A stretch of 63,831 nucleotides of DNA, filler included, from Sphacelaria rigidula (GCA_964200075.2; 8 parts of 8 records of this genome joined end to end with filler, not necessarily neighbours in it); one strand, 5' to 3'; counted from the first letter of the whole stretch, positions 25,220-38,365 are shown. A program made the numbers and translations. The notes: generated by a model not told the origin, from the sequence alone.

Positions 25220-26558
25220 TTAATCTCCCATTTAAATTAATGGCTTTCAAATGGTCGACGCGCACCTCCTCTGCTGAATGTTTCAGGTTCTGATCTCAAA
25301 CATCGGGCGAGAAATCCAAGTATAGGAGTACATTCCCACGTCAGTCTTGAATATTGGAAATCTCATACGTGCGAACATCGTTTTTGCATCACATATTCCC
25401 AAATAGTCATATCGGGCATGAATATCGAGCAACGACAAGTTGGGCGTCGGAACAGGCGTCGTTTTTCTCGCCCTGGTACCAGCAACGCGCGCGCATCAGA
25501 TTCCATGACAATCCGGGAAAAATAAGAAGTCAGATCTTATCGTGATTATTGGCTCTTATATCAAGTCGCCCCTTATACTCGCTGTCTAAGGGCCAACTGC
25601 TGCCACCAGGCCGTGTCAAATCTGGGAATTGTTCGGTTGTGCGAAATGATGAAAGTGCCCGAATAATGGATGATCAGACCGTGCGGGGCACTCGGGGGCG
25701 ATTGATTGCACGGTAGGGAGGAACCTATATTTTGTGCTAAATATTCTGGTGCTGCTCAACCTGTTTGCCCCGGAGGCACATTTTCCGTCAAGTAGTGGGC
25801 CCAGCCTGTACGTGTTCGTACTGGCTACTACTGTTGTCAGTCGTACAGTCAGCCACAGACAGAAGAGGCGGCGCTCACTACTTGCTACAACTGTTACATT
25901 TCAGAACAATAGTTCAGTGTTTCAGTTTTCGCGCCTTGGTCGTTGGAGATCCTCAGATCCCGAGATGAGCAGAATGTACAACTTCCCACTAGCCGAGTAG
26001 TGAGCAGTCAGCCGTACGTTCCGTGAGAGGCTCGCTTGCCCAAGTTTTACCGTATCCTTTAGCACATGCGACAGAATGAAACACTTGTTCAGTGGAAACG
26101 ACATATATGTATCTCATCATGCTGGTGAAAACCTAAGTTGGCGAAGTTAGATCTCGAAAACGAAATACCAGTCGACAGTCAGGACATACCATACCGAAGA
26201 AGTAGGGGTCCATGGTGGTCTGTAAAAAGTGGATATGATATCCACCTGATATCTTGATGACAGTTGACCCTTCACGCACCAGGAAATGGATACGTGAATG
26301 ACTCTGACTGAAACCCGTTTTTCAACTGACTGAGGACGATGCTGCTTCAACATACGGACATAAGAGACCAGTTAAACGGTCAACTTCCTCACTACTGTGA
26401 CGCATATAGAGATCTTAGGTGGAGAATCATTCGGTACTAGAAAACCAAGTAAAATGAAAAGGTTGCAGCATATATGGACGGAGACGGACACCTTGGCAGT
26501 GGACAAGATATATGCAGCCCGTCGGTCATGTACTAAATAGAGCACCATCAGTGAATAC

Positions 26559-26771
26559 CTGGAGGCCGTTGAAACTGGAGCGATGATGTTGCGCTTCTAC
26601 TGCGTACCGGCTCTTCAGCACTGCCCTAGATCCTCTAGACTCCACGACCAATGCGCCTTGAGGAGGCACGAACCGTATAGCACGTGGGCCGGAGGTCCAA
26701 GCTCGTGCTGACCGCCTCACGAACGCAATACTCAACACCAGCGCCATAATTGACGTATTTGATTTTGTCAT
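26559..26771 (-). CDS. Putative first exon of a protein with a signal peptide plus transit-like peptide
   Basis: MTKSNTSIMALVLSIAFVRRSARA/WTSGPRAIRF..., followed by an S/R-rich, acid-poor stretch, ending at the donor CTCCAG|gtattc. Downstream exons not identified with confidence. Confidence 0.4.
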
Positions 26772-27974
26772 GCCGATGTATACCGGGCTTACAGACAGCA
26801 GACAACTGCAGTGTATACTGCAGTGTATACTGTAGTGCAGTACTCAGAGACTCCGCTATCTCCCGAGACTGCTATCAATACCTGCAGCACAGTAGTACAG
26901 AACTCGTACTGAAGTGCAGTAGAGCGAATTCCGAGCCTATCTATATCTGTATATGCATGTGCGCATTTGTGTTGCTTGTGTGGAAATCTCTTGCTAGCAC
27001 GGATGTCCACGGGCTGCTTGCGTGCGAGCTTGTCGCGGAAACATGCGGCAACAGCTGGCCGTACCGCGTGGCCAAATCACAGGACTCAGGACATACTACA
27101 GAGAGGGTATCATAAATCCTGGACACATACCCTTGTCAAAATACGCGGCACAACCCCGTCACACAACTGCAGTCTCCAGTCCCCTCTCTCCCTGATCCTG
27201 CCGAGTGCTGTTCCTCTACGTGTGCTCGCGCAAAAATGCCGGGGGGAGGACAATCATCGGGAAAGGATGGCCTCCCATCTGCTTTGCTGACAAAGTGGAA
27301 CACACCCTTCGATCACTATACAAGCAGGCTAAAGAAGGAATTTTGTGAGTTCCACCATGCACTCAGCTGCTGTAGATCAGTGACGGTGAATAACACCTCT
27401 CCATGGCGATGGGAACGTCGAATACGAATTTCTCACAAGGGGGACACCTTCGCCGCTAAAAAAGCCTTCGTATTCATTTATTACGAGCGATATATTTTTA
27501 GAACTGCTTATGTTTGATATACTATACATTATTGGCGTCTTCGTCGCGAGGAAATCGCGGGTGAATAGTGAAAAGTGTATAACCTGGGGGGTGGTAATCA
27601 CGTATATGTTGCAGTTTTATACCCCCTGTATGATCTTCGTTTTTCTCTGCGATATTAAAAATAGCGAGTGTAGCGTTATAATTCGTTAGAGCTGTCTATC
27701 TTGTCCGAGTTATTTGGATTGTACCGGTAAACAGCACCTTGAGATAAAGATACGGCAAGAAAACGCTGAAAGTTGTAACACCTCCAGCCGTTGATGAGAA
27801 ACGGCGAATACCACCCTCCGTCGGGCGGTCAGGTATTGCGATGCTCACACGCCACAGAAAGTTGTGTCGTTGAAAACATCCGACCGGGATGTTTCGATGG
27901 ACGAGATTGTTCAGCACTTCGGCGTGTTATGTGCACGGGCAGAAATCGAAGGTGTGATGCACAGTATCGTGATT

Positions 27975-28938
27975 TTACCCTTCGACCGCAAGCATAGGAA
28001 ATATGTTGAAGCAGCATCAATTTTACTTGAAAAATTAGTGGATAGCCAGATGACCGACCCTCGCGGTCAGGGGGTCAACCCGCCTCTGACCGCGAGCGTA
28101 GGACATCTGCTGAATCAGCATCAATTCCACTTGAAAAATGACTGCATAGCCGGTCAAGTTAGTCCGGCAGCTCCGGTAAAACTGTCTGTGGTATGCCGTG
28201 GTTTGTTTTTCGCTGAGTACGGCGTTCGGGCTTGGACATATATTTGATATTTTATACACGTCGCGTGCAGTCGCGTGTATATCGATTGCTCATTTTGTTG
28301 TCAAAATGTGTATCACCACGCAGTGCCGCTGGAGCCTTATCCGAATCATCTGACCGAGGAAAAGTGCCAGAAAATTCACGAGATCTACAAGGATGCGGTC
28401 CAGGTGAGAGTGATGGTGCTGATACGGTGAGATGTGTTGACCCCTTGAGAACCGGCGCTTACTCCCGATAATTAACCTTTTGACCGCGAGGGTAGGTCAC
28501 CTGCTGAATTGCATCAGGTTCACTTGAAAAAGTATGCATGATCCGGATGGACTACCCGCATCACGGTCCAAGGCTTAATTAGCCCTTTGACCACGAGGGT
28601 AGGTCACCTGCTGAATCGGCAGCAATATTTACTTGAAAACATTACGGGTGATTCAGGCCGTGTCTTATCAAATTGTTTTGGTGTCGAAAACGTGCGGTCG
28701 AATCGAATTCGCTCGTTTCTGATTAGATGCCGTGGACGTATCAGGTACGAGCAAATTTGATTCCACCGTACGTTTTCGAGTCAAAAACAATTTGATAAGA
28801 CACGGCCTCAGATGGACTACCCGCACCATGGTTAACCCTAAGACGACGATCGTAGGTCATCCGTTGAATCGGCATCGATTTCGCATGAACAAAGTATGCA
28901 CGATCCAGATGGACTACCCTCGCGGTCTAAGGGTTAAT
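27975..28938. repeat. Second array of ~100-bp piggyBac-like mini-elements
   Basis: About five units, e.g. ttaaccttttgaccgcgagggtag...cacggtccaaggcttaa (28472-28578) and ttaaccctaagacgacg...ctaccctcgcggtctaagggttaa (28832-28937). Confidence 0.8.
28656..28807. mobile_element. PIF/Harbinger (Tourist-like) palindromic MITE with 3-bp TCA target duplication
   Basis: tca|GGCCGTGTCTTATCAAATTGTTTT ... AAAACAATTTGATAAGACACGGCC|tca, inserted into the gattcagatggactacc segment of a mini-element. Confidence 0.9.
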
Positions 28939-29379
28939 CCCGTAGCAATCCTGCTCCAAAATAGAACAACAAAAATATTCCGGAATGCGCGCACTGTACT
29001 GTATTTGCGAATGCCCGCGCTTGGCCCGCATACAATAATCATCGCACTTTTGAACATAAAATTTGCTTGTTAGTTTCTCCACCGTGGGTATAGTCACCAC
29101 CGTGAAACTTGGTGCACCAGTCGGACACAACACGGGCAGAATGTGCACCGGAGAACAGCTCCTTTCGGCCACCGAGCAAATTGAACTAAGCGAACGGCGG
29201 TATACCATCGATACACCCTCGAAACTACTATCTCGCAGTCCAGATCCTGTGCACTGTGGGTGAATGCATATGCGGACATGGTGGTGCACTCACTTCCACA
29301 TCATAAGCACCTGGGAGGGTGCCGTGCTGGCAGACAAAACATGAATCAATTCTGGCACACCCTCTGGATAATGACAATT

Positions 29380-29590
29380 CGTAAAAAAATCACTCCGGTA
29401 TCGCCTGTAGAGATGCCCAGCGCGGGAGGCACGGTCGTACGCGCGCTGTCACAGCTGCAAGGCGCTGAGACTTCGGTCGCATGTCATGTAAACCACAATC
29501 CACAACCCTATGTGTCTGAATCTGGGATTGGGCGTTGCCACAGTGCGCGAGGGGATGAAAATAGCTCAGGTTATGTTCCGATTTTTAATA
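29380..29590 (+). repeat. Dispersed repeat, homologous to 8865-9095
   Basis: Shares colinear blocks with the copy at 8865. Confidence 0.65.
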
Positions 29591-29914
29591 TATTTATCTC
29601 TCTCTCTCTATATATATATATAAATTATATTTGTTGCCGCAGTACTTGTCCGAAGATGGGTTATGATTCTGATGATGTAGCCCCTATTATATGTATACAT
29701 ACATGTATCAACCACAGACACCGGACGCCGAGATCATTTTTTCCACGACGCCTGCGGAAACAGCAGTGTCGAGAGGACACGAGCGACCGTGCTGCACGAA
29801 TGACAAAGTACTCGATCGGCTGGTTGGTCGATTGTCACACATCAACTGATGCTCCGCTGCGAATCCACTCGCGGTCATAACATAGACGTACCGACAATAT
29901 CGAGACGGATTCGC

Positions 29915-30030
29915 CCGTCAACCGTTTGACCGCCCGGGTGGGCGAGCGATCTCAGTCGCAGATTCACTGTTCGAGTGAACACGATGCCGATTGAACAGAT
30001 GATCTACCTTGGCGGTCAATGGGGTCAACG
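29915..30030. mobile_element. Degenerate copy of the ~100-bp piggyBac-like mini-element
   Basis: tcaaccgtttgaccgcccgggtg...gatgccgattgaacagatgatctaccttggcggtcaatggggtcaa. Confidence 0.6.
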
Positions 30031-30269
30031 AGAATCCCCGAGGGAACGGAATGGACAAGTACAAGGCAAAAAAGAAAAAAAATCACGTCAAATTAAGACA
30101 AGAGAGAAGAGAAAATAAACGAAGAAAAACGCAAGGCCAGTACCTACTCGTAGTGCTTGTCCAGACAAAACAAGAAGTAACGCCCCTGCCAGGACACTCG
30201 GGGTGAGGAGGCCGTGCCAGAATCAATGCTGTCGAAGCTGGTTGCGGCTCAGCTTTCTGAGACCGCTTC

Positions 30270-30734
30270 TTATAGACCGTGATGGTGGTCGAGCTAGATC
30301 ATATTATGCGGGGTGGGAAAATCTCAACTCCGCGCAAAGGGAGTGATAGTACTATACTACGCATTGTCGAAATCATTAGACACCCATGAGGCAGTGTGTA
30401 GCCCATGGCTGTCTCTGAAAGTGGCGATACTAGAAAATGAAGCAACTCACTCGAGGCTGTCATCCATATGCATGAAAGTTCGTACGCACCGGGCCGAATA
30501 ATCTTAGCATGATGCAGCTCACCCCTCATGCAACTCGCCGAACATATCACGGCGCTTCGCGCTTGGTGATTGCTAGCCTGGTCCGCCGAAAACCAACGTG
30601 CTCCGTCCCGGTTTTGTAGGGATGCGAGGTTAATGGTCTCATGAGTACAGCATGCAGGAATCATGAGCTTTGTACGGATGTGAGGTCAGTGGTCGATGAC
30701 TACGGCACGCAGGATTCATGACCACTTTCCCCCC
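30270..30734 (+). mobile_element. Retroelement-like 3' fragment, family B (ends in C-run)
   Basis: Reverse complement of 48037-48380 (gagctagatcatatt...cggcgcttcgcgcttggtgatt...gtgctccgtcccgg...tgtagggatgcgaggt). Ends catgaccactttcccccc. Confidence 0.75.
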
Positions 30735-31164
30735 GCCTTCCTTCATCCCTAGTCAAGTATGTAGCTAACCAGCTAACTAGTCTTGATCGTCTCTATCATG
30801 GATTCCTCGCGTTCTCATGCTGCTGCTCTTGTGCCAGAGGTGGCAATTCTCCGTTTCGGCGGCTCTTCAGACTTTATAGCCTCTTTGGCGACTCTTCGAT
30901 TTAGCTGTACAAATCGGACCACAAGAGCGTGGCAGTGTTGACAATTGATTATGGCAATAGCAATAGGTGACAGTATATTGGTACATTGGTGCCTCTGCTA
31001 TCGTACCCCTATCGATGTCTCACGATATACGGGTGATAGACCAGTGCGTATTGGCCCTACCTGTCGTCTCTCGCTCTCCATCCTATCACAGGGTTTTCTA
31101 TTTCATCTTTGCAAATGATACCAGTCCCCTCTAATTTGAGTTCACCTGTATTAACGTGTATCCA

Positions 31165-31590
31165 GCCACGCCCCGGTGGTGTTATGGTCCGACCGTCGCC
31201 ATTAGGATGGAGAGAACGAGGGTCCGATTCCCGATGCATTTGGGTTTTTTCTTCGTAATATCTTATTTCCACCGTGGGAAGCGTGAGCACGCGAGTAAAC
31301 ATAAAAGTAGTAGACTGAATTTGTCTGATGAGGATTGACTGACGTGGTGCGGGAGTGCTGATAGTCATAACCCAATCCGCGAGACCAAAATGCAAGGCGT
31401 GTACCGGGGAGAGATGGCTTCATCCCTTGAGACCACGGACTTACCCCGAGGAAGGGGAGGGGTGTTATTCAAAGTGCGACAAACAAAAAAACAAAGTCAG
31501 CCGCGGGTGACGTGTCGCCACATGTGCTGAACGTAGGAGGTCCAGAATGCCACCGATTGCAAGAATCACCGTGCTTCAGCGGGTGCGGTA
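31165..31590 (+). mobile_element. tRNA-derived SINE
   Basis: Head gccacgccccggTGGTGTTATGGT (A box)...gagGGTCCGATTCCC (B box); body shared with 2215-2575. Confidence 0.65.
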
Positions 31591-31968
31591 TAATCCCTTA
31601 ACCCTTAGACAGCGACCCCCCCGCTGGTAGACTGAGGTAGACACTACACTTTCTGGGTTCAGAATCATTCCTTTGTCACAACTCAAAACGCCTACTCCAC
31701 GGCGGAAGGAACCGGGAGTGGAAAATGAGAGGTACATGGTTGCGTCATAACACAGACGGTGGTGTGGTTGTCAACCATCTGATTATTACGCCTTATATTT
31801 TTGCTGTGCAGTCTGTAGTGTATCGTGCCGCGGCTTGCACGTGCGGTCTGCAGCGTACTGGATCTTACNNNNNNNNNNNNNNNNNNNNNNNNNNNNNNNN
31901 NNNNNNNNNNNNTTAATTAATTAANNNNNNNNNNNNNNNNNNNNNNNNNNNNNNNNNNNNNNNNNNNN

Positions 31969-32040
31969 CTCATTTGTTGCTTGCCTTAGTCGTTTGACCA
32001 TTGACCACGCATCCCTTTCGAGACGGAGCACCGTTCCTGG
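31969..32040 (-). mobile_element. Non-LTR retrotransposon 3' tip, family A
   Basis: ctcatttgttgcttgccttagtcgtttgaccattgaccacgcatccctttcgagacggagcaccgttcct, abutting a G-rich run at 32043-32065. Confidence 0.8.
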
Positions 32041-32087
32041 ACGGGGCGGGGGGGGGGAGGGGGGGTGTAACAGGGGTCTTCCGACAG

Positions 32088-33897
32088 GATCTACATATAT
32101 ACTTCCTCTGTCCCGTAAGTAAAGTCCGGTATGATCACACGGACCATTAAACGCGTCCAATGCCGTATGCGATATGTTTCTTGAAATCTTCATTTTTTTC
32201 TCAGTTGAATCACGTTTTTTTTTTTTCTGTTTGCGCAGCAGCCAGCTTGCGCAAACGGCCCATAAACGATCAGTCGGCCCAAAAATGGCCATGTTTCGCC
32301 CCTTTTCCAAAACACAGAGAAGAACCCTGGAAACCCGAAAAACGGTAAAAATCGCGTAAAAAAGCACAACTGGCTATTTTTTTCCACTTCACCGCTGGCA
32401 TTCGATAGCTGCGCCTAGTCCGAAACCACTCGTTTACATCGCAGCCTTCAACTACTTCAAAACCAGCCAAATTCGTGAAGATTCGGCCAAGAACGTACAG
32501 ATTGGAGGAATTTGGTCGAGATTTAATCGAGATTTGGTCGAGATTTGGCCATGTTTGACCCAACGATTCTAAGGTTGTGGGTCGATTATTTTATTTTTTA
32601 TTTTTCCAGAGGCCATCTCCACAACTATATATTTTCAACGAACCCAACCATAACATCATTAGCACCTCCGTTGGCGAGTTTCGGCCTATCCCCCATAACG
32701 GACTTTACTTATGGAACAGAGGAGTTAGATCCTACAATGATTCCAGCGTCATTTCAGAGTACAGATTTCAGGAACTGCTCACCCGTAGTCCTGCGTACGG
32801 ACCTACATACGCCTTTCCTAGCCTCGAACGACCCCCCGGATATCGACACGTACATGAAGATCGAACGCAGACGTCACCTCCCACGAGAAAATCTCAACAT
32901 CCATCAATTGGGGAAGACTTTTTATCGAGGGGAAGGTGCTGAGCGTTCGTTTCAAAACAGCTCGATCCGCTTCCCTTGTCCATGGAGAGCGAGAATGGGA
33001 CAGAAGTAGGCGGAAAGACAAAAAAAATATATTGCGGAGGAGACAGAAGAGAAAACGATTTCGCGTACCCAAACTAAGATGTGAGTGTTCGGCTCAGTTT
33101 TGACACGTGACCGGCGATCGCGTGATCGTCAGGATAGTGCGTCGGTTTTTCGGGGCGATGTGCGAGCGGTGATATACTCCGTGACCGCACGTCATGGTAA
33201 AAAGACGAAAAAAGATGAAGAGGAAAAAAAAAAAAAACGACCGTCTGGGACTGCAGGGAAAGCTGAATTGCCGCCAGGTAAATGACCTGCATGTACTCAT
33301 ATTCGTTCGGTATCTCGGAGATTTGGCTGCCGTGTTTAGTGGAATTGTTGGCGAGTACTCGTACGACACTAAAGTTGGTGTCGTTGGAAATATATAACGT
33401 ATGGGAAACCGATGAAGAAACCAGATCCGACCTATAATTTTGATTCAAAGTCGGGGGTCAAAATAAACCGATATTTTGGCCACTTCGAATCCGACCTTGC
33501 CAAAATTCGACCGACTTTTGCCATTTTCACGCTGGACATGATTGAAATCGCGACTTCGTGGTTCGGCGAGGCGTAGCTACAGTAACCTCTGCACAAGGAG
33601 TGGGCGAAAACGAAGCGTTTTTGGTGTTGTTTTTTCGCCATTTTCCAGCGTTTTCATGTCTGCCTCCAACGGAAAAGGGGTCGTCATACGGCCATTTTCG
33701 GGCCGACTGATCTCTTTTCGGCCGTTCGACCGCTGAGGGTGAGTGACATTTATTGTTGAAGAGAAAATTGGTTTCGACTGAAAAAAACGCCAAAAAAATG
33801 CTTTACGAAAAAAAAAAAAAAGCGGACAAGGTCACGGGCCCGTGCAAACTTAACTACCCTCAACTGTTGAGCAGAGGAAGTATGTATGTCTGGATCT
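32088..33897. mobile_element. ~1.8-kb non-autonomous DNA transposon with long degenerate TIRs, within an annexin intron
   Basis: gatctacatatatacttcctctg pairs with cagaggaagtatgtatgtctggatc; internally tcagtcggcccaaaaatggcc...ccccttttcc pairs with ggaaaagggg...ggccattttcgggccgactga. No transposase ORF seen. Confidence 0.7.
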
Positions 33898-33926
33898 CAT
33901 TCCATTGTCAAAAAACAAATCCACAC

Positions 33927-33988
33927 CTTTCTCCAATGACCCCTAGCTGACGTTTGTCGTTCCCTCCCAGGATGCGGCAGATAGCATG
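33927..33988 (-). CDS. Annexin, 4th visible exon (repeat IV helices B-C; gene 3'-partial)
   Basis: catcag|...ag|gtgtgg. HAICRILGGNDKRQLGVIGE(R) continues directly from GTDE of the previous exon. Confidence 0.8.
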
Positions 33989-34864
33989 CTGATGAGGACG
34001 AACGATGATACACAAGAAGGAAGGAAGAGGAGAGCCATGTACTTTGCTTGCTTGCTTACTTGCTTGGTTGGTTGATTGATTGATTGTCGCACACGAAGAA
34101 AACTTACTGATCCAGTACGAATCCAGCCACGGTCATCATCCACGGGATAGACTTACCCGATAATGTTAATAAAAGCAAATACTCGACGGAAAAACCTCGG
34201 CGACAAGGGGGGAGTAAATAAGACGGACCGGCGAGTACGTCGTTGTCGTCAAGTTGTGGTGATTTTGATAATGTTCGACAGTCTGGGACGATCGAGAAAA
34301 TAATTAGACTCGCGCACACGCGGATGGTCATGTACACGATGGCATGTACATCCCACCAAAAAATAGCTATTATAGAACCCATTGTGGGGGGAGGGGGGGC
34401 AGTAAATCTAAATCTCGGTGAACCGACGGAAAACATTGAACTGAACCCCCAAACCCAATCCAAATCCCCAGACTACAAGAGAACGGCACTGTGTACGGGA
34501 CCATTAAAGAAGTGTCTCCCAAAAATTGTCTCCCCTACCTCCGAAATTTTACATGATTTTCTTCCACTACGCATGCATTGCACACCCTGAGTCTTTGGGT
34601 ACACGGGAAACTGGGAGTTAGTCCCGATTCATCGGTCAGTTATGCCCTTCGTTTTTATGTACGCCCCTCAACATATGCAAAGGCATGGACACACAGCGAT
34701 AACAGCGGCAGCGGCAGCAGCAGCAGCAGCAGCCATTCGACCTGAAAATGATCAAACTGTCGTGCAGGGCACCGTTCTTGTGGTGTGTGCTTTTGAGCTG
34801 CGCCGACGAACAAATAGAGGAGGAGGTGCTTCTGAAAGAAAAGTAAAAGTAGCAACAGGCAAAC

Positions 34865-34939
34865 CTCGTCCGTCCCGAGTTTCTTGCTGGCCTTCTTCAG
34901 CTTAGCACAGTAGAAGTCCGCGGGAGGCTCCAGTAAACT
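34865..34939 (-). CDS. Annexin, 3rd visible exon
   Basis: tgcag|...gag|gttt. SLLEPPADFYCAKLKKASKKLGTDE matches the annexin inter-repeat linker, helix A and the GTDE loop. Confidence 0.88.
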
Positions 34940-35262
34940 CTGCATACAACCGCAGGGGAGGAGGCACGATGAGGCGAGCATCGCTCAAAACCGAACAGCT
35001 ACACTGTAGAGCTAATAAAACCATCGTAGCATATAAACGACGCAAAAAAATGTCCTCCCTTCCCCCCTCCACACAGAGGAATTCGCCGGGGCCGGTTTGT
35101 AGAGATGCGAGGTCACTGGTCACATAACTACGGCAAGCAAGGTCACGAGTATACCCCACACACACACCTTCAATTACAACAATACGTCGGGACGCCGTAA
35201 ATCTATCACAAAACGAGGTGTCGTGGTCTACATTAAGACTCGCGCTGCGGTGGGGGGACCCC

Positions 35263-35759
35263 TACATATTCTGGAACGGCCCCTTTGGACTAAATTTTCC
35301 TATCGCGATGGTATCGCGATAGAATCGCGATAGAAAAAAGCCAAATTTCTCTATCACGATGGTATCGCGATACAGTACCATCGTGATACCATCGCGACAG
35401 AGAAATTTGGCTTGGATAGCATCGCGGTAGCATCGCGGTAGCATCGCGGTAGCATCGCGATAGAGAGAAATTGCATTTTTTTATCGCGATACTATCTGCC
35501 ACAGGATCACACAGTTTCTTGCAACGACCACTAGCGACATGAAACATTTTCACGAGGAAATATGTAGGACCAGACAATTTACCTTAATTTGATTTTCTCT
35601 GGTCGTAAACGATGCTATCATCGCGATGCCCATCCTGGTCATTTCTGTCCATCGCGATAGCACCGCGATCGAGAAATTTGTCTTTCTTTTTATCGCGATA
35701 CTATCGCGATACCACTTTTAGGGTCAAATAGGCCTAAATGGACAGTTCCAGAATATGTG
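35263..35759. mobile_element. MITE with TIRs and many ATCGCGAT subterminal repeats, within an annexin intron
   Basis: acatattctggaacggccc pairs with ggacagttccagaatatgt; dense atcgcgat/atcgcggtagc repeats inside. Confidence 0.75.
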
Positions 35760-37109
35760 CTATACTGGCGATGGGGAGGGGGGGGGGGATACGTGTGTCA
35801 GACGACCCAACGCACTCGCGGTGTGCCTGTATTTACGTGAAAACGGTGTTTAGCAGTATAAATGAATACTCGTATGCCTTACTGGTAAGAAGCGCGTTCG
35901 AACAAAAGTTTCAGCTCTTAACGACGGTTTTAAGTGTGATTCCGCTGGAAAACTGTCCATAAATACCCCCACACACACATTATCATAGCGTGACTCATAA
36001 ATATAGATGCTTCGTCGGGTACAGGCGGTGCTCTAGTTACCGCAGGAGACTGCAGAGAGGGCGGGGTGGGCCGGTTGAAAAAGGTCACGGGTAACCTCGA
36101 CCTCCGCTACTGTACTGCATAGTTGGCTGCACGGCCTCGAAATTGTTGCAGTTTTTATAGTGTAGACAACTTTGAACTCCTCTGCTATCACTGTACATAT
36201 ACACGTACAATAGACTAAAGTGGAGGCTATATCGTACTGAAACCAACACAAACCTACGTGCCACACAAAAAACACCGATTACTTCGAGACACCATATACA
36301 CCGGCGAACTTCTGTCTTTTGGGACACCGAGACCTATTATACACCGACAACATCCCTTCTGTTCTCTCGGTACATGTGGACAGAGAAAATAATGACATCA
36401 CTGGGTTAATGGTGTCCGCAATGAAGGGTAGAAAAAAATCTCATGACTGTTTTTCGGTATATATATATACATATATGGAAGACACTTCTTTGCAGTGATG
36501 TATCAGAGACTGATACCACACATGTATGAAGAACCAGCGCAAGCAGGGACAAGGTAGAAACGGTCGGGAAGGACCAGATTGCCGAGAACCCTGTAAGGCC
36601 AACGAAACTAGACAACTCGGGGTGATGCCAAGAAGAGCCTAATATTAGGACGGTCCAACATCGCCTGAGGAACTGGTCGCCCTTGGCGACCACGTCTCGT
36701 CTGACCCCTTCTTGCCTACGTATACAAGAGGAAATCATCGCCAGCGTCGGAGTTCCTTCGGCATCAGGACGGCAGTTTCTCCCGTAGGTCTCCGACTACT
36801 CTAGCAATACGCCTTCCTCACACATCGCGGAAGAGGCCAAAGATGCCCATTTTCGATCGAGGCAACTGACTAAAAGGTATTGAGATCGAGTGTGACATTT
36901 CTGAGACTTGGTGTGCTCGCTACGCCCAGCATAAAGGAACGCCTAGCATAGAGGAAAGTATGACAAAAGAAATCCGGGGACATGTTTTCGGATCATCTGT
37001 CTCGGGATACTCGCGGTATTGCTCTGCGAGCCATGGTTGCCGCGATACGTCACCTTTACCTCCAGGTACCTCTAGCGTATTGTAATTAGGACACTTACCT
37101 CGAGAGTAA

Positions 37110-37298
37110 ACACCTCCGCTCCCGCCCATCGAGAGGGTGGTATTTCACGTGTGCTGTGTATCATAATATCGATTATTCGGAAAATGTGTCACAATACATG
37201 GAGAGACACCTCCGCCTCCCATCGAGAGGGTGGTATTTCACGTGTGCTGTGTATCATAATATCGATTATTCGGAAAATGTGTCACAATACATGGAGAG
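37110..37298. repeat. Near-perfect ~95-bp tandem duplication
   Basis: acacctccgc...cccatcgagagggtggtatttcacgtg...caatacatggagag occurs twice (37110-37205 and 37206-37298). Confidence 0.9.
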
Positions 37299-37559
37299 AC
37301 AGAAATAGGTCATGATACGACATTCATAGAGGGAAAAATGACGACTTTTGCAGACAGACGGAAATAGAGCCAAAAGAACTGACTGAGCGAGCAATTTCGA
37401 AAGCGAGTTCTCCCCAGATGACTAGTGACGATCGTCAAAGTAATACAGTGATGGTGCTCATGATAACGATCGATAAACACTTATATCAATTGTGATGTGA
37501 CGGTAAGAACAGTATATATTGTATTTATGTTCGCAAGTACACAGTAACAGTGACAGTGC

Positions 37560-38130
37560 TAATGATACTCACCAAGAAAATTAATAGTGTCATTACCATC
37601 ATTATCATCATTATTGTTATTAATACTGTTGTCATTGAAATTATTGTTGTTGTTATTATTACTACTAGATATATTATCATTACCTAATAATGTGCTGTTA
37701 TTATTGTCTTCTGACAGTAGCATACTCAGGTTTCGAGCTTGAAAATTGCAGAAACAACAACTGGAGGACGTTTCGATGGAACAGATAAGCCGAAGCTGAA
37801 CGAGTCTTCGAATCTGACATCAAAACGAGCGGACCCAAACAGCAAAAACAAGAAATTCTGAACATCAATATTACTGCCGCTGCTGCTGCAGCTGCTGCTG
37901 CTACTATCGCCTTTTGGTATCATTAGTATTAGCATTTTGTTAATATTATTACTGTGATTACTATCATTATTGTTATTATTATTGTCACTATCATCATCAT
38001 CATCATCATTATCATGATTACTCTTTTTTCATTGTCCTTCGTATTGCAATCATTGCTATTACTACTATTACTATTATTACTAGCATTGATACCGTCAATA
38101 TTAATACCATAAATACTTATCATTAATATG
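37560..38130. repeat. Degenerate ATT/ATC/CTA trinucleotide low-complexity tract
   Basis: Runs of attatt, atcatc and ctactatt. Confidence 0.75.
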
Positions 38131-38281
38131 ATTTCAACAGCACAGCTAGAAGCAGAAATAATAACGTGCGCTCCTGTCATAGGTTGTCATATAAATAACC
38201 GCATGGGGTTCTTTGTGCAAACAAATGGCCAGCAGCCCACCCTCTGGCCTGTGTGTCGTCCAGCAACACACACATATTCAC

Positions 38282-38365
38282 CTGCAAGATTTTCTTGGTA
38301 TCCCCGCGAAACTCCTTCCCCACGGCAGCGTGGAGAGACATTCCGTGGGTCTCCTCGTATTTCAC
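38282..38365 (-). CDS. Annexin, 2nd visible exon (repeat III helices C-E)
   Basis: cctag|...cag|gtgaat, phase 0. VKYEETHGMSLHAAVGKEFRGDTKKILQ fits the annexin pattern Y...G.sL...i..E.sGD....L. Confidence 0.88.

Noticed and set aside
27099-27628. Single mariner-like MITE bounded by TA-CAGAGAGGGTAT and ATACCCCCTG-TA
   Set aside because: The ends match only loosely and could belong to two different elements.
30815-31082. Two possible minus-strand exons (MESERRQ and LNRRVAKEAIKSEEPPKRRIATSGTRAAA*) as the annexin C-terminus
   Set aside because: Different contig from the annexin and no annexin motif. Could be the end of another gene, but unsupported.
31322-31345. Hammerhead ribozyme core CTGATGA (also at 33989, 4472 and 59639)
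   Set aside because: No properly placed stem II plus GAAA and cleavage triplet; the 33989 hit is an annexin splice acceptor on the other strand.
35290-35712. CRISPR-like array of ATCGCGAT repeats
   Set aside because: Repeats are only 8-11 bp, irregularly spaced and inside TIRs. No cas genes, and the context is eukaryotic.
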